DNA from: Felis catus | Taxonomy: Eukaryota | DNA: 64,000 bases | Direction of reading: 5' to 3' | NCBI RefSeq assembly: GCF_018350175.1 | Contig: NC_058368.1 | Span: forward strand, 4,650,001-4,714,000 | Shown: one piece after another, positions 11,754 to 24,796 of the stretch | How positions within the stretch are numbered: the first letter of the stretch is position 1 | Layout: the number at the start of each line of letters is the position of its first letter | Program-made: the position numbers and the translations under genes | The notes under the pieces: model-generated | Told to the model about the DNA's origin: nothing | Databases searched by the model: none | The model's input: only the letters and a program-made list of their open reading frames with translations

Positions 11754-12115
11754 GTGAGGATTTTTAAACCTACCCTTTTCCCCAGGAACTACGACAAGTC
11801 TTATGTGTGCCGTTCAGTGAACCCACTCAAAGCACGACCACCTTTTTCTGTGTGGCTCACGGGCTAATCATTAATTCGCATGAAAACCACAGAGGCGAAG
11901 CAAACCCTCCTGTGCTAGGATGAGGACCCCAAATAGTCTGTGAATGTTTACATGCAACTGATGAAACTTATAAAGTAAACATACCCTTTCGAAAGCTGCC
12001 AGGTTTTAGGTGATTCATTTGAATGGTTACTATGCGCCAGCACTACTGTAAACATGGATTACTTCTGTCATCAAGGAACAATAACAACTATTTTTAAACT
12101 AAGGAACATAAAATG

Positions 12116-12322
12116 GGGGCACCCGGGTGGCTCAGTCCGACTTCGGCTCAGGTCATGATCTCAGAGCTCCTGAGTTCGAGCCCCGCCTAGGGCTCTGTGC
12201 TGATGGCTCGGAGCCTGGAGCCTGCTTCGGATTCTGTGTCTCCCTCTCTCTCTGCCCCTAACCCGCTCACATTCTGTCTCTGTCTCTCTCAAGGATAAAT
12301 AAACATTAATTTAAAAAAAAAA
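12116..12322 (+). mobile_element. Can-SINE (felid type)
   Basis: ggggcacccgggtggctcagtc head, (CT)n, A tail; TSD aacataaaatg. Confidence 0.95.
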
Positions 12323-12389
12323 ACATAAAATGATGAAATTACCGAATGAAGAGTCAAAATTAACTTTATACTCTTTTAAATAGTGAAAA

Positions 12390-12760
12390 AAATTGTAATA
12401 TCAAATGGTGGATACATGTCATATACATTTGTCAAAACCCACACCAAGAGTGAACTCAAATGTAAACTCGTTCCTCATAATGTATAAATATTGACTCATC
12501 AGTTGTAAGAGATGTACCACACTGATGTAAGATGTCAATGGTAGGAGAAGTTGGGGGGGGAGTATATGAGAACTTTCCACTCAAACTGTTCTAAAAAAGT
12601 CTATTAATTAAAGCACACACACCAAAATATTAATGGCAATTAACTCTGAGTGGTGGAAATGTGGACAAATTTTAAATTTTTTGTTTGAAACTTTATTGAA
12701 ATCCCCAAATTTTCAGCAATGAGCACATATTTTTAAGGCAGAAAAAATATTACATAAATA
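12390..12760 (+). mobile_element. Old L1M (L1MC/L1ME-like) 3' UTR fragments
   Basis: atggtggatacatgtcatatacatttgtcaaaacccac..gatgtaccacactgatgtaagatgt is typical L1MC 3' end sequence. Confidence 0.7.
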
Positions 12761-13353
12761 AACTGTGGAAAATTTTAGAGACAGCATGAGAGGCTAATAT
12801 CAAATATTCCACTTATTTCTATTTTGCATAACTTTAAAAAATCTGCCTGAAGCCCTTACGAGTGTTAAAAATTACATCTATTTTAGTATTAAAAAAAAAA
12901 AAAGAATCTCAAGGGTGAACTTTTTTTAATGATCTCTTTAGAATTAGCACAAACCTGGGGAGAACATTTTTATTTTTCTTTATAAAAAATCTGGGTCTCA
13001 AACAATCACTTCTGCCTGCTTGGAAATCACTATTAATATTTACACGCAACACTTTTTCTAGTGGAGAAAAACATTATACTCAAAACCACGTTCTTGGGGG
13101 AAATAGAAATAGTCCCTGGCCCCCGGATACTTGGATCTCTGCAGAGTTCGAGGTATCTGCTGTCCTGATACCTGGGATCATAGGCAAGCCTTTTGCCTGA
13201 GTTTGTTTCCTTCTCAGGGAAAAGGGAAGAAAGCTCACTCTCTGGATTGGTTGGAAAATACCCAACTTTAGCCTATAGAAGAATCCTGGTATCTTAGCAC
13301 ATACAGGTGCTTGATATTTATGAGTTCCTGTCCTTTAAAAAATACATTTTTTA

Positions 13354-13588
13354 GGGGCGCCTGGGTGGCTCAGTCGGTTAAGCGTCCGACTTCGGCTCAG
13401 GTCATGATCTCACAGTCTGTGGGTTCGAGCCCCGCATCAGGCTCTGTGCTGACAGCTCAGAGCCTGGAGCCTGCTTCTGATTCTGTGTCTCCCTCTCTCT
13501 CTGCCCCTCCCCTGCTCATGCTCTGTCTCTCTCTGTCGCAAAAATAAATAAAAACATTAAAAAAAATTTTTTTTAAAAAAATAAAAAA
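13354..13588 (+). mobile_element. Can-SINE (felid type)
   Basis: Full consensus; TSD aaaaaatacatttttta. Confidence 0.95.
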
Positions 13589-14214
13589 AAATACATTTTT
13601 TAGTGTTTTAATGAGAGTCTTGAGCTCCTGATGTAAAAGATACTAACCTATTGGAGCAAGGCAGGATGTTTCAAGAGAAACCTCAGCCATGTGACATGGA
13701 GTGGGGATTGGGCCCTTGACCATCACTAGCTAGAAGCATTAAGTGGATAAATCACCAAACTTCTCTGCATCTCATTTTTCTAATTGGTTAAACGAGAGAT
13801 TTGGACCAGCGATCTCTCAGCTTCCTTCAGCTTCCATCACTGCATGGGGAATGTCAGTGTGGCTTCTGAGTAAAAAGGTTTAAATCTCCTCCAGTGACCT
13901 TTCTCTCGGCCTGCAGGACCAGCCATCACTCACCACCCTGCAAACAAAGCTGACATCTGCCTTCTACCCTCCCCACAAAAGACGGAGTCCCAAGGTTTCT
14001 TTGAATTGTTTTCCTCTCTGTGATCTCCTTGGACCAGACTAGCCGCTTAAATTCTAACAGTAGCCAATCCATAGCTTTGACCAAAGATTCATGGTAACAT
14101 CACTGGTGCTTTCTGCAGGATAATGTCCAGGGACAGAAAGTACCATTTTCCACCAAGTTTAAGGTGCACTTTTTCCCCCCACATAATTACATCTCCAAAA
14201 GTATAATGTGTGTT

Positions 14215-14410
14215 TCTGTTAATATTTATTGAGCGCTTAATATGCTGTGTCGTTTACATTCAACATCTCCTTAAAGCCTCAAAGCAGCCCCCAAGGTGCT
14301 ATTATCATTCTTGTTTTATAGATGGGAAAACAAAGTTCAGAGAAGGGGAATGCATTGCTTATGGTAGGTCCCCCAGCCAGTAAAAAATGATGGGGCCAGG
14401 TTCGATTTCA
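14215..14410 (-). mobile_element. MIR relic
   Basis: atttattgagcgctta..attatcattcttgttttatagatgggaaaacaaagttcagaga. Confidence 0.75.
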
Positions 14411-14547
14411 TGGTGCTGCTTTTAAACTCTGTGAAGGCGGCTGTATTGAGGCTTCGTCCAGGGTTCTGAAGAAGAATTACTGTCTTCGGTCCCCTGACAG
14501 TCCCCACTCCTCAGGGGGTTTTCAGGAGAGAGGATAAGGGAGGAAAG

Positions 14548-14943
14548 TGTTCCAGACTGAATGTTTATCCCCTGTCCATCTCCCCCACACCTCCCCCTGT
14601 AGTCTCATATGTTGGAGCCCCCATTCCCAGTAAGATGGGTTGAGGAGGTAGGACCTTTGGCAGGAGAGAGGGTTTAGATGAAGTTATGAAGGAGGGGCCC
14701 CATGATGGGATTAGGGCCTTAATAAGAAGAGAATTCTGGGTCTTACCTTCTCCTTCTGCCTCTCCCTTGGGAGGACACAGCAAGAAGGTGGCCAGCTGCA
14801 AGCCAGGAAGTGGGGGCTCAGCAGACACCAAATCTGGTGGCTTATCTTGGACCTCCCAGCCTCCAGAAATGTAAAACATACATTCCTGTTGTTTAAGCCG
14901 CCCAGCGTGGTCTTTTGTCATGGCGGCCAAGCTGACTAATACA
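14548..14943 (+). mobile_element. MaLR solo LTR (MLT1A-like)
   Basis: TG...CA ends, exact 5-bp TSD GAAAG (14543-14547 / 14944-14948), and MLT1A motifs (gactgaatgttt, atgggattag, gacctcccagcctccagaa). Confidence 0.9.
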
Positions 14944-15722
14944 GAAAGGAAACTCCTTTCTCCTTGTTTTAGATACTTCTTCTTTAAGGATCTTCCAAAA
15001 AGTAACCCTTCTGGCCTCGGGCCCCACCCTCTACTGCCCGAGAAGTGGGAGAAATCCATTGGTCCACCTAATTTACTAATAATTTATTAAAAGCACAGGA
15101 TTCACTCTTTTCGAACCTCTCCACCCAGACTACTCCAGAGCCAGAATGTCACCTGGACAGGATACCTGTTGGTTGTCATCTGACTTCAAGGCGGCAGGGG
15201 CAGGAGGGGGGGGGGGGGGTGGGTGCAGGAAGAACATGCAGATAATATTAGTAAGAACTCTTCGCACAGACCCAAAGTCACAGTCTCTACCAGACTTTAT
15301 CAGGAACATCACTGACATTTTTGTCCTCATCTGTCAGTCTCCTGCATCTTGTTTCTTAATTGGTTGTGAAGGCAGAAAGGGAAGGAAAGAGGGCTCGGCT
15401 GGCCCACAGTTGTCCCTGGGGTGGAAGATAAAGCCTGAAAGAGCATTGGCCTCTTGTACCCCAGCGCTGCAGCTTTGAGAAAATTGTCGAACCTCTCTGT
15501 GACCTTCTCCTTCTCTGTGACACACTCTGGTAAAGATCAAGTGTGATAATATATGTAAAGTCCTAGCTTACTTTCTGGCACATGGTAAAATGCAAATAAA
15601 ATGGTGGCTGTCATCATTGGTCAGAATGGATAAGAAAGATTTGCTGTCGTTAATTTTACAGTTTATCAGAGCAGACGTCTCTCTAACTTAAGCTTTCTAG
15701 GATGACAGAATAATCTTTGGTA

Positions 15723-16207
15723 GGGGCGCCTGGGTGGCTTAGTTAAGCGTCTGACTTTGGCTCGGGTCATGATCTCGTGGTTCGTGAGTTCGAGCCCCAC
15801 GTCGGGCTCTGTGCTGACAGCTCAGAGCCTGGAACCTGCTATGGATTCTGTGTCTCCCTCTCTCTCTGCCCCTTCTCCACTCATGCTCTGTCTCTCCCTC
15901 TTTCTCTCTCTCTCTCTCTCTCAAAAATAAATAAACCTTGGGGCGCCTGGGTGGCACAGTCGGTTAAGCGTCCGACTTCAGCCAGGTCACGATCTCGCGG
16001 TCCGTGAGTTCGAGCCCCGCGTCGGGCTCTGGGCTGATGGCTCAGAGCCTGGAGCCTGTTTCCGATTCTGTGTCTCCCTCTCTCTCTGCCCCTCCCCCGT
16101 TCATGCTCTGTCTCTCTCTGTCCCAAAAATAAATAAACGTTGAAAAAAAAAATTAAAAAAAAAATAAAAATAAATAAATAAACCTTAATAAAAAATTAAA
16201 GAAAAAA
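15723..16207 (+). mobile_element. Two nested Can-SINEs: SINEC_Fc-type (15940-16171) inserted in the tail of an older SINE starting at 15723
   Basis: Inner TSD aaataaataaacctt; outer TSD agaataatctttggta / agaatgatgtttggta. Confidence 0.95.
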
Positions 16208-17260
16208 AGAATGATGTTTGGTATTTGTCACATTATTTGGGCACCTAAGTACCTATTTGGGGGAGGGTAAGGAGTGCCCAACTGATTCGGACAGAGAAAG
16301 AAAGGCGTTTTCCCTATTCTTTGCCCAGGGGGCGGCTCCAGCATCGGTCTAGGGTGCCCTCCCTGTGTGCTCAGCCAAAAGGATGCTGGAGGAAATCCGA
16401 AGGATCTGGAGAAAATATGATGGGCCAGGTGGCCATAAGGGAGAGAGGAGAATGGGCAGTAAAACCATGTCCCCAGCTTCCTTACTGGCCAACCAGAATC
16501 TGCACAGAGCCATTAGCGTGAGGGGTGAGTGGCCGTCTGCAACAGCCCGACTCCCACGTGGTTCTGAAAGCTCTTCAAGACCCCTCTGCCCCTCTCCCAA
16601 CCAACCGTGAATCTGGGTTTCCGGGGTGTATGTCGACTCGACTGAGGAGGACAGTTTCCAAGAGCAGCTTCCACAAACGCAGCCTCTCTCTCCGCCTCAG
16701 TCAAGCAACTCCTGAAATCCCGCCTTATTACATTGCCATGATTGAGCCCCTCCTCTGTCAATGTTTGCTTCATCGCTCTGGCCCCTTCATTGTGTCACAG
16801 CGCGCCCTTGATCCTCCACGCCATGCGACCTCTACCTTGGTGATGGGGCCCTGGCTGCGGAGGCAGGCAGCTGCCATTGCGCCCCCTTTCACCTTTCACT
16901 AGCTGGGCGGCCTTGGGGAAGCTCTCCTGAACCTCAGTTTCTTCATCCGTAATGTAGAAATAATAACGCGTGCCCTGTCGTGGTAGGGATCACATGAGAC
17001 AGATCTCTGCAAAGACTTTAGAACCGCCAGACCTACAGAGAGTGTGTAATATGAACAGCTGCTAAGAGCACACACACAGGCAAACCCAGACCTGCCTGGT
17101 GACCTCCAGAGTCTTGCTCAAGGCTCACCTCAAGTTCACGTCTTTGAAGTCTTCCCTGACTTCCCTAGGTGGGGTTTGTTACTTTCCATTCTGTGGGACC
17201 CTAAGACCTTAGACACACTTCTGTTTTAGTGCTAACCAAAGACATTATGAGCGCCCTGAG

Positions 17261-17263
<3 letters not shown>

Positions 17264-17306
<43 letters not shown>
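17264..17306. repeat. (TG)n microsatellite
   Basis: Seen directly. Confidence 0.95.
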
Positions 17307-17307
<1 letters not shown>

Positions 17308-17319
17308 TTATATATATAA

Positions 17320-17740
17320 TTTTTTAATTAATAGTCTTTTTTAGAGCAGGTTTTGGTGTATAGAAAAATTAAACAGAAAGTTCAGAGAGTCCCCACATAC
17401 CTCCTTATTCTTGCTGGGAACAGTTTCTCTCCTTGTTAATAAACATGTGGTATCAGTGTGCTACGTTTCTTACAACTGATGAGCCCATATTGACACATTG
17501 TTATTAACTGAAGTCCATAGTTAATGGCAGGGTTCACTCTTCCAATTCAACACTTCTGTGGGTTTTAATAAGGCAGAATGTCATGTCTGTACCACCACAG
17601 TTTCACCCAGAATAGTTTCACAGCCCTAAACATCCCCTGTGTTCCACGTGTTCATTCCTCCCTTCTAACTGCTCTCTCCATCTCCACAGTTTCGCCCCTT
17701 CTAAAATGTCATATAGTTGGAGTCATACAGTATTTAGCCT
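17320..17740 (-). mobile_element. Old L1M (L1MC-like) 3' fragment
   Basis: ttttagagcaggtttt..acaactgatgagcccatattgacacattgttattaactgaagtccatag..tgtcatatagttggagtcatacagtat. Confidence 0.75.
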
Positions 17741-17905
17741 TGGCGAACATTAATTACCCTAAGACTTCAGACACAAATGTGTTTCAGCACTGATCAAAGA
17801 CATTATGGCCTCCTTAAGGGCAGACATTTTTTTCTTTTACTTTATTTATTTCCTTTGGGATCTCCCACATTACTAGGTACATAGTAACTACTTGGTCTTC
17901 AACAG

Positions 17906-17906
<1 letters not shown>

Positions 17907-17942
<36 letters not shown>
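17907..17942. repeat. (TAA)n microsatellite
   Basis: Seen directly. Confidence 0.95.
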
Positions 17943-17943
<1 letters not shown>

Positions 17944-18942
17944 ACTTTAGATGTTAGTATATGCTTTAAAGCATATTAGAAACATAAAGAATGAATTTTT
18001 TTTTAAAAAACCAGTTTCTAAATTCAGGGTTCTGACAGTCTAGGCAGGCATCCAATTCTTTTTGGCTCATTTTTATAAGTCCTATTAAAACAATAATTCT
18101 TTTCAACTCCAAAATTCTAAGCAAACTCCTAATAACCACCATAGCCCACAACTATAATTTTGAGATGAATCATGTGACCAGTTTTGAATTTCAGCTCTGA
18201 CCAAACACTTCCAGCTTAAAACCCAAGTTAATTCTTTTTTCTTCCCCCCACCAACTTCAAAAGTAAAGGAGAACAAATGAGAGAGAACAAGATGATTCAC
18301 TGTTCACTTAGAAGTAGACTTTGAATAATGAGGAGCAAGTTAAGGAGACAGTTATAGTAAATGTTAACAGAGGGCTACTTTTCAGACCAGAATATTAACT
18401 GAGGAATATTCACAGTAAGTCTCTAGATCTGGGTAGCGAGGGAAAATGAATAAATGAATGTGCCAGGGAAAGGAACTATGATAAGAGAATCATACTCCTA
18501 GAGTTTAAGAAAACGGCAGTAAAGGCATCCACCGACCAAAGTCAATTAGACTCCAGGGTTCCGGCACCTGCTTGGACTTACTGTATTGCTGGAGACATAC
18601 AAACTGCCCCCTGAACACTTTGCAGAATTAAACTGGAAATGTTTACAAGTAATAAAATGGAAATGTCTCACCATCACTGTGAGAGCCGCCGGTCCCTGCA
18701 TCGGAGTAGACTTCGATCTCTACCTACGTCTTTTCGTTCAGTATTCAGGGTGAGAGCACAGGTTTGGTAGAAGACAACTGAATTTGGACCCCACCCCTGC
18801 CACTTAGTAACTAAGTGACTTAGAGCAAGTTACTTTATATCTCTTAGCCTTAAATATTTAAAAAATTGAGGTATAACTTAGATATGGTACAGTACATAAA
18901 TCTTACATGTATAGCTGGGTGTGTGTGTGTGTGTGTGTGTGT

Positions 18943-19494
18943 GTGTTGGACAGACCCCAAGATGACCCACCATGATGCCTGCCTCTTGATGTTTCTGTCT
19001 TTATGTAAGTCACTCTACCGCTACAAACAGAATCTGTGATTTCCACCCAACCAATGGAATATGGCACGAGTGATAGGATATTTTATTATATAAAGACCCC
19101 ATTCTAACAGACACTCATTGTTGGCTTGGTGAAGCAAAGTGGCCCCGTTGGAGAGGCCCATGTGGCAAGGAACTGTGAGCAACCTCTAGGACCTGGGTGG
19201 GGGCAGGCATTCTCCAGCCGATCACCACACAAAAGCTGGGGCTGTCCGTCATACTGTTGCACGGAAGTAAGTTCTGCCAACAACTTGAACGAGCTTGGGA
19301 GCAAGTTCTTCCCCACTCAAGCTTCTAGATCACAACACAGCCCAGCCACACCTTGATTGCAACTCAGAGCCAAGGACCCATCTGAGCTGTGCCCAGACTT
19401 TTGATCCATGGAAACTGAGAGGAAATACCTATGTGTTGTTTTAACCCACTTAAGTTGGTGGTGATTTGTTTTCATATCACAGAAAACGATTGCA
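18943..19494 (+). mobile_element. MaLR solo LTR (MLT1E/F-like) inserted in an old L1
   Basis: ccaagatgacccaccatgatgcctgcctc start; ggagaggcccatgtggcaaggaactg; ctgccaacaacttgaacgagcttgg; tgtgttgttttaaccc end. Confidence 0.8.
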
Positions 19495-19499
19495 GTATC

Positions 19500-20700
19500 A
19501 GTGTAACCACAAGGCTGATCAAAAGATAGTAAATCTCTAGCACCTCATGTGCCCTCCCCGTTAGCAATGCCCACTACCCCAAGGACAGAGATGATTCTAA
19601 CCACCATCACCATAAGTTATTTCTGTTTTTGAACATCATATAAATGGGATCATGCAGTATGTATTCTTTTGTGTCTGATTTCTTTTCTTAACACTGTGCC
19701 TGTGAGCTTCATCCATGGTCCATGTAACAGTAGTTCATTCTTTTCTATTGCTGTGTAGTATCCCACTGTTTGAACATACGAAGTCCTGTTCATGGTGAAC
19801 AATTAGGTTGTTGCTATTGTTGGTTAGTACGCTTCCAGGAACATTGTTGAATGTGCCTATACTAGAAAAAAAAAAAAATTATACCCAGGAGTGGAATTGC
19901 TAGGTCACAGAGTTTGCATATGTTTACCTTGTTTCATACTGCCAAATATTTTTAAAGGTTTATGTATTTATTTTCTTTAATGTTTTTATTTTATTTTTGA
20001 GAGAGAGAGAGACAGAGCACCAGTGGGGGAGGTGCAGAGAGAGAGAGGGAGACACAGAATGGGAAGCAGGCTCCAGGCTCCGAGCTGTCAGCACAGAGCC
20101 CGACATGGGGCTCGAACTCACAGACAGTGAGATCATGACCTGAGCTGAAGTCGGACACTCAACCGACCGGGCCACCCAGGCACCCCTACATATTTATTTA
20201 TTTATTGAAAAAAAATTTTTGACATTTATTTATTTTTGAGAGAGACAGAGACAGAGTGTGAGCGGGGGAGGGGCAGAGAGAGAGACAGAGACAGAGACAG
20301 AGACAATCTGCAGCAGCCTCCAGGCTCTGAACTGTCAGCACAGAGCCTGATGCGGGGCTCGAACCCACGAGCTGCAAGATGATGATCTGAGCTGAAGTCG
20401 GACACCCAACCGACGGAGCCACCCAGGTGCCCCAGGTTTATTTACTTTTGAGAGAGCGTGAACAGGGGAGGGACTGGGGGGGGGGGGGGGAGAGTATCCA
20501 AGATTGGCTCCATGCTGGCAGCAGTGAGCTCAATGTGGGGGTGAGATCGTGACCTGAGCTGAAGCGGGACGCTCAACTGACCGAACCACCCAGGTGCCCC
20601 CAAACATTTTTTCAAAGTGGTTGTCTCAGTTTACATTCCCGCGAGTGACAGAACAGACTTCTGGGTGCTCCGCCGCCCTCATTAATACTTGGTATCGTGT
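19500..20700 (-). mobile_element. Old L1ME-like fragment interrupted by three minus-strand Can-SINEs (~19975-20186, ~20200-20433, ~20436-20601)
   Basis: L1 3' UTR motifs (catcatataaatgggatcatgcagtatgtattcttttgtgtctg, atacccaggagtggaattgctagg) resume after the SINEs with ttcaaagtggttgt..tttacattccc. Confidence 0.85.
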
Positions 20701-22229
20701 TAGCCTCAGAAGAATAGTGATAACAAGAGGATCCACCACCTAGCGCTGTGAACATCAAGTGAGAACATATGCAAATGTCCTCATAAAATTGAACTTGCTC
20801 GATTAATAGCAGACATTTACTTCCTTATTGGCTTCCAGATCACACAGGTAGAAGTGGCTGGGCCGGGATTCACACCCCAAGGGAGAAATTCCAAACGCCA
20901 CCCTCTTTCCACCACACCTTCTTCCACTAGGCCACTTCCCAGACACTTTCAGTGGGCATCAATCCCCACAAACAGTTCAAAACGATCTCTTTTTCTTAGA
21001 CGCCATTCTCCTCCACAGATCCTCAGGAAGTATGTGTTCTTTCTACGTGACATAAAACACGAATAGAATTGCAGGCCCACAATGTGGAGGGTGTCTGCGG
21101 TTTCTTTTACAGAAAATGCCCACACTCTTTATTGCCATTTTCCGTGGCGCGTTCCCACCACCAAATACCTTCTGTTGAAAGTGGTCTTGGCTGCCTTTGG
21201 GGATTGCTTCGTCTAAAGAGCTTACTTTACGGTTGGCCCTAAATTGTCAGCTTCTTCGCTTTCCTGCCCCACACTAACAGACTACTTGCTCTATTATTTC
21301 CTCCTTGCCTACACGACAAGAACAAGTTGCATCCATAAATGAAGGCAATGAAGTGGAAGGTGAGGATCGTGCGGGTGGCAGCGAGGGAGAAGCTGGTGAG
21401 GCGGGCCATGCAGCCCAAAGACAGGACAGTAGGTGGACGGTGTGGCTCCCACATCAGAGGCTCCAGGACCACACAAGAGCCTGTCTGGAAATCCACACGG
21501 CTGGTCTAGCATCCAGGCTCATTTGCCAAAGGGCTGACGTGTTTGTAACGCCCTGAAATGTTTCTTCTAATGTTGATTTCATGTTTGTGGAGGAAAAACT
21601 GCAGATGGAATAAAATCAGATTGAGGACAATGTCTAGGGAGGATGCCCCAGTCTCAACTCGGAGAACATGATTAGACATGAGAACAGATGTAATACAGAT
21701 TTTTCTTCTCACACACATATTCAGGATGGTCCTTTGATTTGCACATCGCCCTTATCACATTCAACTACACCGTGTGTGGAAATTCGGAAAAGTTAGCAAT
21801 GAAAAGAGTATTACAATTTAAGGTGCAAAAGTGAGAAGGAACGCAGAGAACCGACACTAGGCCCCGAACCCGGGGGAAGAGACAAAACTGTTTCAAGACC
21901 TGTAACTTTCTCCAGGACAGGGGCAGGGAGAGGCTCGGAGGCAGCGGAGTCCTAACCGCGTCCTCCGCAGAGTCCCGCAGCGTCACCTGCGCCTTTGGAT
22001 GGCAGGCTCTGCTCTCCGCCTGTGCTGGCTGTTTCAGACAGGTTCACCAACCTTTCAAAACTAGGTCTTCCCCGAGAGCTGAATCATGACTCTCCAGAAC
22101 ACACCCTTCTCTTCTCTCTGCTGCCCTCACGCCGGGCCACGTATAGCAACTGAGTTAGTCACGCATTGCATATGTAATGCTTAGTACTATTAAAAACTAT
22201 AAGGGTAGAAAAAACAGTGACGTCTGGTA

Positions 22230-22460
22230 ATGTCCATTTAATACTTACTACGTGCCAGGTTCTGTTTTAAGCATTTTACATGTTTTTACTCCTTTGATTC
22301 TCGGCATAAACCCTATGGGGTGGGAACTGCTGATGTTCCCACTTTACAGATGAGGAAACCAAGGCCTCAACAGGGAGGTTGGAGACTTACCCAGGAAGAC
22401 ACATAGCTGGAATGTGAAATCAGACAGTTGACCTCCAGACCCCACCTTCTTACAACAATG
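22230..22460 (-). mobile_element. MIR relic
   Basis: cttactacgtgccagg..cccactttacagatgaggaaaccaaggc. Confidence 0.8.
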
Positions 22461-22631
22461 TGCCTCAGTAATGGACATTAACTTCTAGGAAGTTAAACAG
22501 AACAAAACACCACAGAATCAGAGACTAAATATGAAAAAACCATCAAAGGAAATTAGATGTTCAGCAGACTACCAGAACACAAAGGTTTGGTGCTCACTAA
22601 GGAAGCACCTACTAAACAAACAATAAGTAGA

Positions 22632-22848
22632 GGGGCACCTAGGTGGCTCAGTCGGTTAAGTGTCGACTCTTGATTTCAGCCCAGGTCATAATCTCCTAGT
22701 TGTGGGATCGAGCCTGCCTCAGGCTCAGTGCTGGCAACATGGAGCCTGCTTGGGATTCTCTTTCTCCCTCTCTTTCTGCCCCTCCCCTGCTAGTGTCCAT
22801 GCACGCGGGCTCTCTCTCTCTCTAAAAAAAAAATAAATAAATAAACAA
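22632..22848 (+). mobile_element. Can-SINE
   Basis: ggggcacctaggtggctcagtcggttaag head, CT-rich body, A tail. Confidence 0.95.
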
Positions 22849-23019
22849 ACAACTAGAAACGTACATGGGAATAAGTAAAGGCGTATTAGGAATGGTAAGA
22901 TAAATAATAAACAGACACGTGATGTCATTTATTAAAATTATGGAATAATCCGGGATTCACTGTATATGCATGCACAATTTGAAACATTTTTTATGCAAAG
23001 GAAAAGATAAAACAAGCTT

Positions 23020-23200
23020 TGTTTATACATAACATGATCTCTTATTTAGAGAATCTGGTGTATTCTACAAAACTAAAGACTACTAGAACGAATCAGTAAG
23101 TTTAGGAAGGTTGAGTACCCTGGATCAATATACAATTAACAGTTTCATTTCCATACACTATCAACAAATCAGATTAAAATTAAAATTTAAAACATCTATA
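23020..23200 (+). mobile_element. Old L1M ORF2 fragment
   Basis: ctactagaacgaatcagtaagtttaggaaggttg..gatcaatatacaa resembles the L1 ORF2 RT-region consensus. Confidence 0.6.
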
Positions 23201-23204
23201 TGAT

Positions 23205-24091
23205 TTCTTTTTTTTTTTTAATTCCAGGGTAGTTAACACACAGTGTTATATTAGTTTCAGGGGTACAATACACTGATTCAACAATTCTATACATTACTCA
23301 GGGCTCATCATCATAAGTGTGCTCTTATCATGTATTTCCCATGAATACATGCCCATCACGTATTTCACCCCCCTCCCCCCGCACCTCCCCTCTGGCAACC
23401 ATTAGTTTGTTCTCTATAGTTAAAAGTCTGTTTTTTGGTTTCTCTTTTTTTCCCCCTTGTTCATTTGTTTTGCTTCGTAAATTCCACATGCATGAAATCA
23501 AGTGATATTTGTCTTTCTCTAACTTGTTTTGCTCAGCACTCTGCTCTAGATCCATCCATGTTGTTGCAAATGGCAAAATTTCATTCTTTTTTATGGCTAA
23601 GTAATATTCCTCTTATATACATCACATCTTCTTTATCCATTCATCTATCAATGGGCACTTGGGCTGCTTCCAAAATTTGGCTATTGTAAATAATGCTGCA
23701 ATAAGCATAGGGGTGTATATATCCTTCCAAATTAATGTTTTTGTATTCCATGGGTAAATATCCAGTAGTGTGATTACTGGATCATATGGGAATTCTATTT
23801 TCAATTTTTTGAGGAACCTCGTAGTGTTTTCCACAGTGGCTGCACCAGTTTGCATTCCCACCAACAATGCACAAGCATTCCTTTTCCTCCACATCCTCAC
23901 AAATACTTGTTTCTTATGTTTTTTTTATTTTAGCCATTCTGACAGGTGTGAGGTGATATCTCATTGTGGTTTCGATTTGCATTTCTCTGATGATGAGTCA
24001 TAATGAGTGTCTTTTCATGTATCTGTTGGCCATCTGTCTGTCTTCTTTGGAGAAATGTCTGTTCCTGTTCTCTCCCCATTTCTTTCTTTTT

Positions 24092-24179
<88 letters not shown>

Positions 24180-24738
24180 TTTTATTAAGGGAGCCTGCTT
24201 TATTGTTTCATAAACTGATGTGTGACAAAATTCTTTGGTCATTAATTTATTCAGCAATTGTTAAGTGAGCATTTACTCTGTAGTAAGTACTGAAATCTAC
24301 TCTCTAATTTGATTATGATTTTTCCCACATAAATTTATTTTATTTTTTGTGTGTTTTACTTATTTTTTTGTTTTATTTTTTATTTTTTAAAATTTACATC
24401 CAACTTAGCATATAGCACAACAATTTCAGGAGTAGATTCCTTAGTGCCCCTTACCCATTTAGCCCACCCCCCACACACACAACCCCTCCAGTAACCCTCA
24501 GTTTGTTCTCCAGATTTATGAGTCTCTTCTGTTTTGTCCCCCTCCCTGTTTTTATATTATTTTTGTTTCCCTTGCATTATGTTCATCTGTTTTGTCTCTT
24601 AAAGTGCTCATATGAGTGAAGTCATATGATTTTTGTCTTTCTCTGACTAATTTCACTTAGCATAATACCCTCCAGTTCCATCCACGTAGTTGCAAATGGC
24701 AAGATTTCGTTCTTCTTGATTGCCGAGTAAAACTCCAT

Positions 24739-24796
<58 letters not shown>

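Larger units (their letters stand above)
10250..11755. promoter_or_regulatory. CpG island, probable bidirectional promoter
   Basis: Very GC- and CpG-rich; six CCACGCCCCC boxes (11180-11369); X-box GTCGCCGGGGCAAC (11643-11656); octamer ATGCAAAT (10312-10319); outward-facing splice donors on both strands (minus gtgagg 10956-10961, plus gtgagg 11754-11759). Confidence 0.9.

Noticed and set aside
10253..11767. Many overlapping 70-170 aa ORFs on both strands
   Set aside because: Pro/Arg/Gly/Ala-rich products expected from GC-rich CpG-island DNA; several frames are open simultaneously.
13311..13547. Recurrent MAQSVKRPTSAQVMIS..-type ORF family (also 3857, 19960, 20198, 33837, 35000, 43802)
   Set aside because: Translations of Can-SINE consensus, not a gene family.
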